A DNA stretch of 60,180 bases from a virus (Duplodnaviria; Caudoviricetes), in the IMG/VR virus record IMGVR_UViG_3300033146_003163, positions 1 through 60,180 of that record; one strand, 5' to 3'. Both the position numbers and the translations under genes were made by a program. This document shows positions 1 to 9,447 of the stretch, piece after piece. Positions within the stretch are counted from its first letter, which is position 1. Every line of letters starts with the position of its first letter. The notes beneath the pieces are model-generated. The model searched no databases. It worked only from the letters and a program-made list of their open reading frames with translations, and was not told the origin of the DNA.

Positions 1-62
1 GTTTTTTTTATGAATAACACCACCGTGTCCCAGCCCCGCCGCCATGACCCCTACGTGACGGG

Positions 63-201
63 CCCTCCCCATCCCTGATCCCTACACACGACACTATGAC
101 GAAGGCTTCCCCCCATCCCTATCCCCATCCCAGATCCCTGTCCCATCCCCATCGAAAAAAATATTTCCCCACCCTACACACGTCGGGCCGTCCCCACACA
201 C
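63..201. repeat. C-rich low-complexity tract (CCCATCCC-like units; G-tracts on minus strand)
   Basis: Four C3+ runs at 63-82 and seven at 109-150; 11-bp direct repeat CCCTACACACG at 80-90 and 172-182. Confidence 0.7.
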
Positions 202-340
202 AAAGAGACCTGAACCGAAGTCCAGGCCTATTGAGCCTCCTGGGGCAAGAGGGAAGCTATCCCCCTTTATTACACCCGCCGGTTACCAGGCTACTCTCAA
301 TAAGTGAACTAAGTCCAGGTCTACATATCCCATCCCTATC

Positions 341-565
341 CTACTTCCGTCCCTTTCCCCCTCCTATAAAGCCATACCTATCAGTTGTATACCATATCCA
401 ATAAAAGTGAAAGAATCCCAGGCCTATAGAGAATTCCAACCGTTTATACCTATCAGCTACTGGAGGATGGAAGTCTATAAGGATTCCGATAGGGAAACGG
501 AAGAAGCTTAAGCCTACGTAAAGGGTATGGCGTTTTCCGTAATGGAAGTGATCTAAATATCTCAT
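341..565 (-). CDS. Hypothetical small aromatic-rich protein
   Basis: 74-aa ORF overlapping the upstream minus-strand ORF by 4 nt; part of the leftward gene run. Confidence 0.55.
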   Translation of the reverse strand: MRYLDHFHYGKRHTLYVGLSFFRFPIGILIDFHPPVADRYKRLEFSIGLGFFHFYWIWYTTDRYGFIGGGKGRK

Positions 566-897
566 ACTAGTGATTCGTTAGAGAGGAAGTCGATTTCCTG
601 AGGGATCTTGGACAAGGACAAGGACTGGGATTCTCTGTAATACGTATCATCGGATTCTCGATGGTGGAAACCCAGATGCTTTAAGGACGTAATAGCCTGC
701 TCTTTTGAAGAGAATACGGCTACAGGAAAAGTGACGTCTCCTACGGTCTGGGACAGGACCCAAGGCCGAGATACTTTTCTCTGGAGGGCAGTACGGATCC
801 AATCCTCTATACTTTGAAGGATCGGCCTACAGTGACGGTGATGCCTGTAGGTTAAGGCGAATCGGTTGTGGAAAGAAGTGGCTGGTGATCTTTTCAT
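562..897 (-). CDS. Hypothetical phage protein
   Basis: 111-aa ORF in tightly packed leftward run. Confidence 0.6.
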   Translation of the reverse strand: MKRSPATSFHNRFALTYRHHRHCRPILQSIEDWIRTALQRKVSRPWVLSQTVGDVTFPVAVFSSKEQAITSLKHLGFHHRESDDTYYRESQSLSLSKIPQEIDFLSNESLV

Positions 898-900
898 ATC

Positions 901-1353
901 TTAAACGGTTTTAGGGGAAAGGAGGACAATGTGGGAAGTGAAGATATCGAGCTCCTTTAGGAACTGCTCTTGGGCTCTCTTAGACTCGATGGGGTTTTCT
1001 GAGGCTGGGAGCTCTGCGAAGTAGGTAGTCTGAAGCACCAGAGTTTGCTCGAAGTGAATCAGATCCTTGTAGAAGGACCGGGTAAAGTATTCGCCATCGA
1101 ATTTACAGATAACCCTTATCCCATCCTTTATGAAATGGACCTCGTCTTTTGTCGGGGTAGAATGGTTAATACTGTAAATCTCTACGAAGCCTAAAGGGAG
1201 AAGGAAGCGGGAAGCTCTACTAACTAAAGGCCTTGGTCCTAACTCGGTAGAGGTCAGGAAGATGTTGATATCCGTTAAGAGATTCCTTAAAGGAGAAGTT
1301 GGGGTCTTTAGGATCTCTTGATCGATGCGTCTTAATAGGGAAGTTTTGTTCAT
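901..1353 (-). CDS. Hypothetical phage protein
   Basis: 150-aa ORF, ATG start, tightly packed. Confidence 0.65.
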   Translation of the reverse strand: MNKTSLLRRIDQEILKTPTSPLRNLLTDINIFLTSTELGPRPLVSRASRFLLPLGFVEIYSINHSTPTKDEVHFIKDGIRVICKFDGEYFTRSFYKDLIHFEQTLVLQTTYFAELPASENPIESKRAQEQFLKELDIFTSHIVLLSPKTV

Positions 1354-1389
1354 GATGCTATGGGTATTAATTTAGGGGGTAAAACTAGC

Positions 1390-1450
1390 ATCGCCTAAGA
1401 GTACTTAAGAGTATTTAGGCAATGCAATATACTCAAAGAATGCTTAAGAG
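1390..1450 (-). repeat. Degenerate copy of the dispersed palindromic element
   Basis: Reverse complement CTCTTAAGCATTCTTTGAGTATATTGCATTGCCTAAATACTCTTAAGTACTCTTAGGCGAT aligns with the copies at 22085, 37374 and 44775. Confidence 0.65.
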
Positions 1451-1505
1451 GCTATGCTGGCTTCTTAAATAATTCGGATGGGTGTCTGATAGCCCCTGTC
1501 ATACT

Positions 1506-1763
1506 TTAAAATTTTGGGTGTTTGGTACGGAGTATAGCAATATCCCGTAGAGTAGTTAAATCCCCTTTCTTTTCTAGGATCTCTACGAGGTCTATGATAA
1601 GGTCTATGAGCTCCCTGTCAAGCTTAACGCCACAAGCCTTAAGAGTAGCATCCAAAAGGGGGATAGTGACTTTATCGATAGGCTTGAACCAGGGAGCCCG
1701 TAGAGGAGCCTCAGGCCAATATCCCGGTGTATATGGGGATTGGGGTCCGTTCGGGAAATCCAT
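1506..1763 (-). CDS. Hypothetical phage protein
   Basis: 85-aa ORF abutting 1764..2054. Confidence 0.6.
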   Translation of the reverse strand: MDFPNGPQSPYTPGYWPEAPLRAPWFKPIDKVTIPLLDATLKACGVKLDRELIDLIIDLVEILEKKGDLTTLRDIAILRTKHPKF

Positions 1764-2054
1764 CTAAGTAGCTGGATATTGATAAGAGCCCCCTGGAGCA
1801 ACGGCATCTGGACCAGGGTCTTCCTCAAAGGAAGGTTCGGCCTTTACTATGTTATTTGCAATTAAGAGCAATCGAGTATCATCATACCAGACTGATACTG
1901 CTTTCTTGTTCTTCTTCTTCGGTTTTGCTACTACGAGGTGTTGGTTGCACCCTGTTAGGTAATATACACTACCTGTTACTACGCCGGTGAACCCAGTTAC
2001 TATGTCCTTCACTTTGTCACCATTACTGAATTTGAATCTTCTTGTTGTTTCCAT
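1764..2054 (-). CDS. Hypothetical phage protein (SH3/KOW-like G-D-K-V-K-D-x-x-T-G-F-x-G motif)
   Basis: FKFSNGDKVKDIVTGFTGVVTG..YLTGCNQ..WYDDTRL pattern typical of small phage proteins. Confidence 0.75.
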   Translation of the reverse strand: METTRRFKFSNGDKVKDIVTGFTGVVTGSVYYLTGCNQHLVVAKPKKKNKKAVSVWYDDTRLLLIANNIVKAEPSFEEDPGPDAVAPGGSYQYPAT

Positions 2055-2060
2055 GTTTTG

Positions 2061-2261
2061 TTACGTATTTGGGGATTGTTTCGCCTCAATTTCCCAAGAT
2101 GGGTTTACTGTTGAAGAACCAGAATTAGGGCCCTCGGGTTTAGCCATGTCTTCCTGGATGAGCTTAGAGATATACTCTTCAATCTTGATTCTAGCTGCTC
2201 TACCTTGTCGGTGCAGATATTCAAGCTCTTCTTCTGAAATGTGAATCACGAAATGTATCAT
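2061..2261 (-). CDS. Small protein, possible ribbon-helix-helix DNA binder
   Basis: Alternating hydrophobic N-terminal strand followed by two helices (EEELEYL..EEYISKLIQEDM). Confidence 0.4.
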   Translation of the reverse strand: MIHFVIHISEEELEYLHRQGRAARIKIEEYISKLIQEDMAKPEGPNSGSSTVNPSWEIEAKQSPNT

Positions 2262-2272
2262 ATCGATATAAA

Positions 2273-2596
2273 TTATGGGTTTTCTGTTTTACTAAGTTTA
2301 TGGGTTTTAAGGAGGGTATCTAGCTGAGCCTCCCAAGAGGCAGCCTCTATTGTATCACCGGGGAAATACTTAAGGGTATCAGTGAAAACTGAAATGATAT
2401 CCTCTAGGGTCATTTGTAAGTCCACTTTAAAGCTCCACTCAGCCCTGAAGCCTATGACTACTACCCTAAAGCTTATAACTTTCCCGTCTTTTTCCTCTAG
2501 GGACTTCAGCTTATACCCACGGAATTGGGTTATGGGTATAAGTAAAGATAAGAATTGGCCTAGTACTCCAGGCATCTGTTTAGTAGCATTATTCAT
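2273..2596 (-). CDS. Hypothetical phage protein
   Basis: 107-aa ORF overlapping the upstream gene. Confidence 0.6.
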   Translation of the reverse strand: MNNATKQMPGVLGQFLSLLIPITQFRGYKLKSLEEKDGKVISFRVVVIGFRAEWSFKVDLQMTLEDIISVFTDTLKYFPGDTIEAASWEAQLDTLLKTHKLSKTENP

Positions 2597-2804
2597 CTTC
2601 TCCTCCTTCTTTTCCCAATGGGAGTAAAACGGCCAAGGCAGATACTGCTATCCCAAAGAGGAATCCAAAGATAATAGTAGCTGCTTGTTGCACTTTTCGT
2701 AAATCCAAGTATACTGCTACTACACCGAGTAGGGTAAACCCTGTGATGATCAGTGCAATGAATAATAAGCTTCGCCAAGCTTTGGCATTTGAAATCTTTT
2801 CCAT
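2589..2804 (-). CDS. Small two-helix membrane protein
   Basis: Two hydrophobic segments (LLFIALIITGFTLLGVVAVYL; TIIFGFLFGIAVSALAVLL); A-rich upstream region. Confidence 0.65.
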   Translation of the reverse strand: MEKISNAKAWRSLLFIALIITGFTLLGVVAVYLDLRKVQQAATIIFGFLFGIAVSALAVLLPLGKEGGEDE

Positions 2805-3120
2805 AATAATAAATTTTAATGGTTTATAAAAAAAGCATTGGGAGGGTACTTTTCTCTCTTAAGTGGATGATTTTTATGTTTTAAGTGCATCATTTGCAAG
2901 GTCTTACCCCCACAATTAGAAAACTCCTCTAATGGTGATAAACTTAAGCATAATCCCCCCGAGACTTTTTGAGGTGGGTTGCTTTTATAGTTGCACTCCG
3001 ATAAAGGGGGGCAGGGGGGGTTTTCTTACCACGGGAAACGTGTACTCCTCTCGCTTAAAGGAAAATAAATTAAAGGTAGTCTATAGCAGGTTACCTTTCT
3101 TAGTGTTAGGTATAGGTTAG

Positions 3121-3128
3121 CAAATATA
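3121..3128 (-). promoter_or_regulatory. Bacteroidota housekeeping-sigma -7 box (TAnnTTTG) facing the leftward genes
   Basis: CAAATATA on + reads TATATTTG on -, in the divergent intergenic region. Confidence 0.45.
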
Positions 3129-3216
3129 GGTTTAACTTTGTCTTATGTTCCCCAAAATTTTGCAAGCTCCCAGCACAGCGATAAGGAAAGTGCCAATTTG
3201 TCAGGGGGGATAAAAA

Positions 3217-3263
3217 CTTAAGCGGGAAAAGGCAAAAGCATAGCCCAGTGGCTTTTATTAATA
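3217..3263 (+). promoter_or_regulatory. Phage-specific promoter-like motif
   Basis: CTTAAG..CCCAGTGGCTTTTATTAATA upstream of the methyltransferase/packaging operon; recurs at 35058, 43302, 47949, 53096. Confidence 0.6.
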
Positions 3264-3275
3264 AATATTATTGTT

Positions 3276-4292
3276 ATGTATAGCGTAATCGGATTATCTT
3301 CCGGGGCAGGCATAGTCCTGCACCCCTTTTATCAAAGTCCTGATGTAGAAGTTAAGGCCGGTATAGAATGCCGAAGAGATTATCTATTAGGGGGTATGCC
3401 CGTCCAATTCGAGTTGAATTTCCCAGATGTGACCTATTCAACTAACCTGGAAATCAAACCCGAGTCTGTAGATGTGGTGATCGGCCACCCTAAGTGTGGG
3501 ATGTCTTCCGTCTTCGCCCTCTCTAGAGGGAAGAAGAACACTTCCCATAAAAATGAGCCCTCTCTTGACCTCTTCATAGCAGGGATTCACAAGCTCTTCC
3601 CAAAGTACTTCCTACTTGAGAATCTGCCCAAATTACTGGACACGTACTCGGAAAAGGAGTTCGAAGAGATTTTTGCTAACTACCGGCTGATCTTTTGGCA
3701 CGGGTCAGTAAGCGAGTTCGGAAATTCCCAAAAATCCCGTAAAAGGCTTATTATAATAGGGATTAGGGCTGATCTCTACACCAAGAGAGCTCATAAACTC
3801 CTTTCAAAGCCTAAGCCCGTATATGAACCTCAAACCACTGGCCACCTCTTAATGCACCTTCCTGAGAACGGTCATATCACAGAGGATATCGAGGATGAGA
3901 TAACTATCTATGGTGGAAAGAAGATGTATCTCTGGCAATTACAAAAGTATTGGAGAGACAACCCCGACTTAACCAGGTTTGCTGTAAATAAGGGTAATAT
4001 GAAGTATGCCCCTGGCGTATACATAAACCGAGCAGATAACTACCCTAAGACTGTTCGGAAAACCAACAGGCAATTTAACCCAGACGGTATACAGATGTCC
4101 CCAAGGGAAATGGCCAGAATCCAGGGCGTACCCGATACCTTCAAACTCTGTATGCCAAGTAAACACTGTGTATACGAGGAAAAAACCCTTATTAATAAAG
4201 GCCGGCTGTCAATTGCCAATACCCCTCCTTATGAAGTGGGGCTTTGGTTTAAGCTTTGTATGGATAAGCTATTCCGAACAAATAACAAGTAA
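3276..4292 (+). CDS. Divergent C5-cytosine DNA methyltransferase
   Basis: Motif I-like GLSSGAG, IV GHPKCG, VI LLENLP, VIII QKSRKRLII, IX SPREMARIQGVPDTF, X IANTPP. Confidence 0.8.
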   Translation: MYSVIGLSSGAGIVLHPFYQSPDVEVKAGIECRRDYLLGGMPVQFELNFPDVTYSTNLEIKPESVDVVIGHPKCGMSSVFALSRGKKNTSHKNEPSLDLFIAGIHKLFPKYFLLENLPKLLDTYSEKEFEEIFANYRLIFWHGSVSEFGNSQKSRKRLIIIGIRADLYTKRAHKLLSKPKPVYEPQTTGHLLMHLPENGHITEDIEDEITIYGGKKMYLWQLQKYWRDNPDLTRFAVNKGNMKYAPGVYINRADNYPKTVRKTNRQFNPDGIQMSPREMARIQGVPDTFKLCMPSKHCVYEEKTLINKGRLSIANTPPYEVGLWFKLCMDKLFRTNNK

Positions 4293-4317
4293 GAGTTAAT
4301 TAATTAATGTAAAAGGA

Positions 4318-5820
4318 ATGGCCAATAAGAAAGCCTCTTGGATAGGTACCCAGGGATTCACCTCTTCAGAATTAAAACTACTTGCAAGGTGTGCAAGAGA
4401 CCCTTTCTACTTTATCATCAACTTTTACTGGGTAGTACACCCTATAAAAGGTAGAGTACATTTTGCTTTGTACCCCTTTCAAATACGAGCTTTATGGGAC
4501 TTCTTAAATAACCGATTTAACGTTGTCCTAAAAGCTAGGCAGATGGGGTTATCCGAACTATTGGGTGCCTACATCCTTTGGTTAGTCCTTTTTCACCCCT
4601 ATAAGTCTGTAACCATTATCTCTCTTAAGGATAGGGTTGCTAAAAAGCTTTTAAGGAGAATACGTTTTGCCTATTCCAACTTGCCCCCCGTTTTACAGAC
4701 ACCAATTGTAAACGGTAGGCCTGGAGAAGTTGGTACAGCCTCTGAATTAGTCTTTTCGAATGGGTCTGGCATAGTTTCAGTTCCTACTTCTGAAGATGCT
4801 GGTAGGTCTGATGCTTTATCCCTATTAGTAATGGACGAGGCTGCTATTATGCAATACGCCGAGGTGATTTGGGCTTCTGCCTTTCCTACTCTGGCTACTG
4901 GGGGTTCTGCTATAGTTAACTCAACCCCGTATGGGGTAGGTGGGTTCTTTTACCAGACCTGGTCAGAGTCTCTATTTGGGGGTAACGACTTTAACCCTAT
5001 AAAGATTCACTGGCACCACCACCCTGACCGAGATATCGAGTGGTATAAAACAATGCGTAGGTCTTTAGGGGCTAAAAGGACAGCTCAGGAAATTGACTGC
5101 GACTTCCTTGCTTCTGGAGATACAGTATTTGACTTGGCTGACATAAAAGCTATCGAGGAAGACATTCAAGAAGCTCCTGTAATAGAGTCTAGGTTAAATG
5201 GTAACTTTTTAATCTTTAAAAGGCCTAAACCTGATACTCAATTTATAATTGGATCAGACGTATCTACAGGTAGGGCATCTGACTACTCTTCTTTTACTGT
5301 AATGGATGAAGCGGGTGATGAGTATGCAGCTTTTAAAGGTAGACTACCCGTTAACCGATTACGGGACTTATTAGGGGATACTGGGATAGAATATAACAAG
5401 GCTTTGGTTGCTCCAGAGGCTAATGACGTCGGAGAGGCAGTAGTATCGGGGTTACAGGAAAGGGGTTATCCAAACCTCTACTATCATATACAATTAGTAA
5501 AGGAAAGGCGAAGTGCTAAACCTGTACAAAAGAAGGTACCTGGCTGGTATACTACCGGAGCTAACCGATCTCTCATAATTTCAGCCTTAGAAGAGGACAT
5601 AAGAATGGGTAATGTCCACATTTTAGACCCATTCTTCACAAATGAGGCCTACACTTTCATATACGATGATATGAACCGCCCAGTTGCCCAAAATAAAGGA
5701 GAATACATTGGTGATGGGTCTGAGACCTATGCCGATGACGATATAATGGGGAAAGCCATTACAAATTTTGTAAGAAGAGGAAAGAGAAGAGCATTAACAC
5801 AAACAACACATCCAAGATAA
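4318..5820 (+). CDS. terL: Terminase large subunit
   Basis: LYPFQ adenine-binding motif, Walker A LKARQMGLS, Walker B LVMDEAA, NSTP motif C, nuclease IGSDVS. Confidence 0.95.
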   Translation: MANKKASWIGTQGFTSSELKLLARCARDPFYFIINFYWVVHPIKGRVHFALYPFQIRALWDFLNNRFNVVLKARQMGLSELLGAYILWLVLFHPYKSVTIISLKDRVAKKLLRRIRFAYSNLPPVLQTPIVNGRPGEVGTASELVFSNGSGIVSVPTSEDAGRSDALSLLVMDEAAIMQYAEVIWASAFPTLATGGSAIVNSTPYGVGGFFYQTWSESLFGGNDFNPIKIHWHHHPDRDIEWYKTMRRSLGAKRTAQEIDCDFLASGDTVFDLADIKAIEEDIQEAPVIESRLNGNFLIFKRPKPDTQFIIGSDVSTGRASDYSSFTVMDEAGDEYAAFKGRLPVNRLRDLLGDTGIEYNKALVAPEANDVGEAVVSGLQERGYPNLYYHIQLVKERRSAKPVQKKVPGWYTTGANRSLIISALEEDIRMGNVHILDPFFTNEAYTFIYDDMNRPVAQNKGEYIGDGSETYADDDIMGKAITNFVRRGKRRALTQTTHPR

Positions 5821-5821
5821 C

Positions 5822-7312
5822 GTGAGTATATTTGATAAGAATTTTTTTACACTAAGGTCTACTCCCAAGGAGAATACTTCTAAAAAGGAGAAGATCCAGG
5901 AGATAAACCCTCAGAAAACCGTAGGTGTAGGCTTACCAACTTCTAGGGTTAGTGTTCCCGATCTAGAGTCCTCTTATAAGGGGCTTAAGAACTCTATGGA
6001 TTTCGTAACCCCCGATTTCCAATATGAGTACATTCCAATCATCCGTAAGTTATTTAAGGTTAACTCTTCTGTCTTTAGATCTACAGTTACCCTTACAGAA
6101 TTGATTAACTCGGGTTTTAGCTTAGAATTTGACTCTTCAGTTACAGATGAAGTACGTAGAGATATAAACCAACATCTCAAAAAAGTATATAAAACATGGG
6201 GATTAGGTACAGCCGGTATTCACGGTATAATCAATAAAATGGTTAGCCAGATATATGTTGGAGGAGCCTTATCCGTAGAATGGGTCCTTAACAGAGACCT
6301 AACAGGTATAGATTGCCCGGTTTTCGTAAACCCTGAAAATGTCCGAGTAAGATATAACACTTCTACGGGGAGGTATGATTTTTATCAAGTCCCCCACTAC
6401 TGGGAGCCTGGAAGAGATTATACTAAGGATAACGGTGCTATATTACTTAACCCCATTACATATCGTTACTATGGCCTCTTTACTGATGAGGAAAGCCCCA
6501 TAGGAACACCTCCTTTCCTTTCTGCATTGGATGATATCCAATCTCAATTAAAGATGCTCCGTAATATAGGGTTTGTCACTGACCAGCTTGGCCTCATGGG
6601 ATTCTTGGAGGTCATGTTGTCTAAACCCCTCCAAGCAGACGGAGAGAAAGACACCGCTTATATAGCTAGATTAGCTAAGTATTTAAATGACGCAAAAGCT
6701 GCGATAAAAGATGGGACTAAGGACGGAGTAGTTGCAGGTTTTAAAGATGAACATGAGTTCGATTTCCACGCTACTACCAAAGACACCTCTGGGGTAGCAG
6801 ACATCTTTAATATTAACCAAAGGATGGTTTCAAATGGTCTCTTATCTCCCTCTCAGTTCTTGGGAGGAGAGAAAGCGGGGGCTGAGACTGGTTTAGGCAT
6901 TATTTTCACTATGCTATTATCCCAGCTTAACAATATCCAACAATACATATCTGAGATTTTGGAAACTGGAATTTGGATGGAGTTAACCCTTGCTGGGTTT
7001 AAATTTGATTGGTTAGAAGTTAAATTTGATAAGTCAACAGTTACTGATACTTTGAAAGAAGCCCAATCTGAAGAGATAAAGATTAGGAATTCCAATTTAC
7101 TATATGCAGCTGGTATCATATCTCAAGCAACATACGCCAATAGACATGGTTTTGATGCCCCTGACCAAGAGGAACCTCGAGTAGAGATTGATCCTGTAAA
7201 AGCCCAAGCTGAACAAGTAGCTAAAGACAACAAACAGGACCAAGACAACAAGTCCAACCAAAAAACTCGAGAGAAAGAAAAAACACAGCCGAAACGTAAA
7301 GATCAAAAATAG
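5822..7312 (+). CDS. Portal protein
   Basis: 496 aa directly after TerL (GTG start); helical content and charged C-terminal tail. Confidence 0.8.
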   Translation: MSIFDKNFFTLRSTPKENTSKKEKIQEINPQKTVGVGLPTSRVSVPDLESSYKGLKNSMDFVTPDFQYEYIPIIRKLFKVNSSVFRSTVTLTELINSGFSLEFDSSVTDEVRRDINQHLKKVYKTWGLGTAGIHGIINKMVSQIYVGGALSVEWVLNRDLTGIDCPVFVNPENVRVRYNTSTGRYDFYQVPHYWEPGRDYTKDNGAILLNPITYRYYGLFTDEESPIGTPPFLSALDDIQSQLKMLRNIGFVTDQLGLMGFLEVMLSKPLQADGEKDTAYIARLAKYLNDAKAAIKDGTKDGVVAGFKDEHEFDFHATTKDTSGVADIFNINQRMVSNGLLSPSQFLGGEKAGAETGLGIIFTMLLSQLNNIQQYISEILETGIWMELTLAGFKFDWLEVKFDKSTVTDTLKEAQSEEIKIRNSNLLYAAGIISQATYANRHGFDAPDQEEPRVEIDPVKAQAEQVAKDNKQDQDNKSNQKTREKEKTQPKRKDQK

Positions 7313-7326
7313 TAAACATAAAAAAT

Positions 7327-8862
7327 ATGAAAAGTATGAAAAAGCCTAACTTTCCAGAGGTTATGTCTCTGACTCTTTCCCAAGGCCACAGCCTAGTAGT
7401 AGGCCATATCCCTGATAAGGTTTCTATGAGCGATTTATCAAGAGCTATCGTAGAGAATGCTACAGCTGAGTCTATTAAGAGTTTTGGGTTGTTTGACAGT
7501 ACAGCCCCCAATTATACTACTTTCTATCCTGATGCTACGCCTGATGACTGGACTCCCAAAGAAGAAGACTTTGTTACCCCAGTCTTCAGGCTTTTTTCTG
7601 AAACGATCGTGGTTAAGTATGGTATCCCTATTGATTTCTCTACCCCTGGGTTATTAAAGAACTCTATGGGGATGTTAGTTGGGGCTACAGTTAACCCCGA
7701 CCATGAGGGCGGTTCTGTTGGGAATGCTTTGGGGTCTATTCCCTCTGTAGAGTGGCAAGAGAGCTACACTGTTAAAGGAGTACAGATTCCAGCAGGTATC
7801 CTTGGGAAATTGAAGATCGATGCTAAATCTAACCCCAGGATTGCTAGAGGGGTTATGATGGACCCGCCTAGTATCCATTCTACTTCCGTAACTGTAAGGT
7901 TTAAATGGGAGAAGTCCCATCCAGACATGGAAGATTTTTGGGAGAAGGTTGGGTCTTACGATAAGGATCAAAACCTTATTCGGCTTATCGTAACTGAGAT
8001 TACTTCTTATCCTGAGGTATCCTTAGTACACCACGGGGCTGACCCATATGCCCAGAAAACTAACTCAAGTGGGGCTATCGTTAATCCCATTTATGCGAAA
8101 TCCGTATATGCTTTCTCAGCTGACCCTACTGATGGCTCTGAATTAAAGTGCGGTATTAATTTTAAAGGTCTTTGCAGCCTGGCTGCTGACAATACATTTA
8201 TTCATAATCCAAAATCTAATAAAATGGAACTTAAACAAATTTTAGCAATGTTGGGCCTGGCTGAAGATGCCTTTGCAACTCAGGAAGAGCTGCTTGCCCA
8301 TTACGAATCTTTAACTGCTGACCGTACCTCTCTCGAAGATATTTCGACTGAGTTGGGGATTGACGAGGAGTCTTCTCCCGTTGATGCTATTAAAGCCCTC
8401 AAGGATAACCAGATCCCTGAAGGAGCTAAGCTTATGACCGACAAAGAGGCTGCTTTAATAGCCACTTTAACGGAAGTATTCGGAGAAGCTCTCGATACCA
8501 CTGATTGGGCAGAACTTTCTGCTTTAGCTGGTGATGGTAAAACTTACCTCGAGGATATCCGTAGTAAAGCAACTTCCCTGTACAAACTGGTTTCAGGAGA
8601 AGAAAACGTTGATCCTACTATCGTGGAGGCTATCGAAAAAGCTTCTCTCAAAGAAGTTAAAGCCTACGAAGTCATGTACCAGAAACTGGCCGATACCACA
8701 GCCCCTCTCACTTGTCAGGAGTGTGGTTCCAAAAATGTATCTAGAGCTTCTGCTAAGATTGACCCTAAGCCTGGGGAGGATGGCAAAGGTTCCTATGCTG
8801 ATACCAAAAAGAAGGTAGTCGATTCTCACAAACGTAAAGCTTCTGATATCCACGGCGAATAG
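7327..8862 (+). CDS. Prohead protease/scaffold protein
   Basis: Position between portal and capsid genes; protease-like N-half (NPDH, STSV, PEVSLVHHGADP); acidic helical C-half with CQEC. Confidence 0.7.
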   Translation: MKSMKKPNFPEVMSLTLSQGHSLVVGHIPDKVSMSDLSRAIVENATAESIKSFGLFDSTAPNYTTFYPDATPDDWTPKEEDFVTPVFRLFSETIVVKYGIPIDFSTPGLLKNSMGMLVGATVNPDHEGGSVGNALGSIPSVEWQESYTVKGVQIPAGILGKLKIDAKSNPRIARGVMMDPPSIHSTSVTVRFKWEKSHPDMEDFWEKVGSYDKDQNLIRLIVTEITSYPEVSLVHHGADPYAQKTNSSGAIVNPIYAKSVYAFSADPTDGSELKCGINFKGLCSLAADNTFIHNPKSNKMELKQILAMLGLAEDAFATQEELLAHYESLTADRTSLEDISTELGIDEESSPVDAIKALKDNQIPEGAKLMTDKEAALIATLTEVFGEALDTTDWAELSALAGDGKTYLEDIRSKATSLYKLVSGEENVDPTIVEAIEKASLKEVKAYEVMYQKLADTTAPLTCQECGSKNVSRASAKIDPKPGEDGKGSYADTKKKVVDSHKRKASDIHGE

Positions 8863-8930
8863 CCTTCCCCGGATACTACAAGTACTCTTGCTTTAATTAT
8901 TGAAATATTATACATTAAAACTTAAATATT

Positions 8931-9386
8931 ATGACTTGGACATTAGGGTCGACTTCAAAATCGACAATTTTAAAATCGGAGTCCCACAAGCTCTTTCAAG
9001 AGTTTGAGGTCTCGGGCACTATCCACAAAGGACAGCCCGTTCTGCTTGAGCCTGCCACCGGAAAAGTTATAGCTTCTCCTGGTACTGCTGCAGACAAAGA
9101 CGACATTATCGGAATCTCCATCCACGAAGGTAACTCCATTTATGGGGATACTGTAGTAGTGATGATGAAAGCTTTTGCTATCGTTTCTTGTAAACTGGGT
9201 GCTGACGCTACTGCTGGTAAAGTACAGTATTCTGGATACGATACAAGTGATGCTTATCCTGGAAACCAGAAAGAATTTGCTGGTTATAACTTGGTCGAAC
9301 AGGCCGCTAATACCACCCAGATGTGGGGTTGGGCATTACAGCCGGGCGTAGCTGATGAGATTGTAGAAGTAGCTGTTTCTGTATAA
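8931..9386 (+). CDS. Capsid decoration/cement protein
   Basis: 151 aa before MCP; G-Q-P-V..G-K-V..I-I-G-I-S pattern of beta-tulip decoration proteins. Confidence 0.6.
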   Translation: MTWTLGSTSKSTILKSESHKLFQEFEVSGTIHKGQPVLLEPATGKVIASPGTAADKDDIIGISIHEGNSIYGDTVVVMMKAFAIVSCKLGADATAGKVQYSGYDTSDAYPGNQKEFAGYNLVEQAANTTQMWGWALQPGVADEIVEVAVSV

Positions 9387-9447
9387 AGGATCTTACTTCG
9401 GATTAGTTTATTAAATCGAATTTTCGAACTTACAAAATACCTAAAAA

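Noticed and set aside
96-404. 102-aa Pro/His-rich + strand ORF
   Set aside because: Product of the C-rich low-complexity tract; opposes and overlaps the leftward gene run
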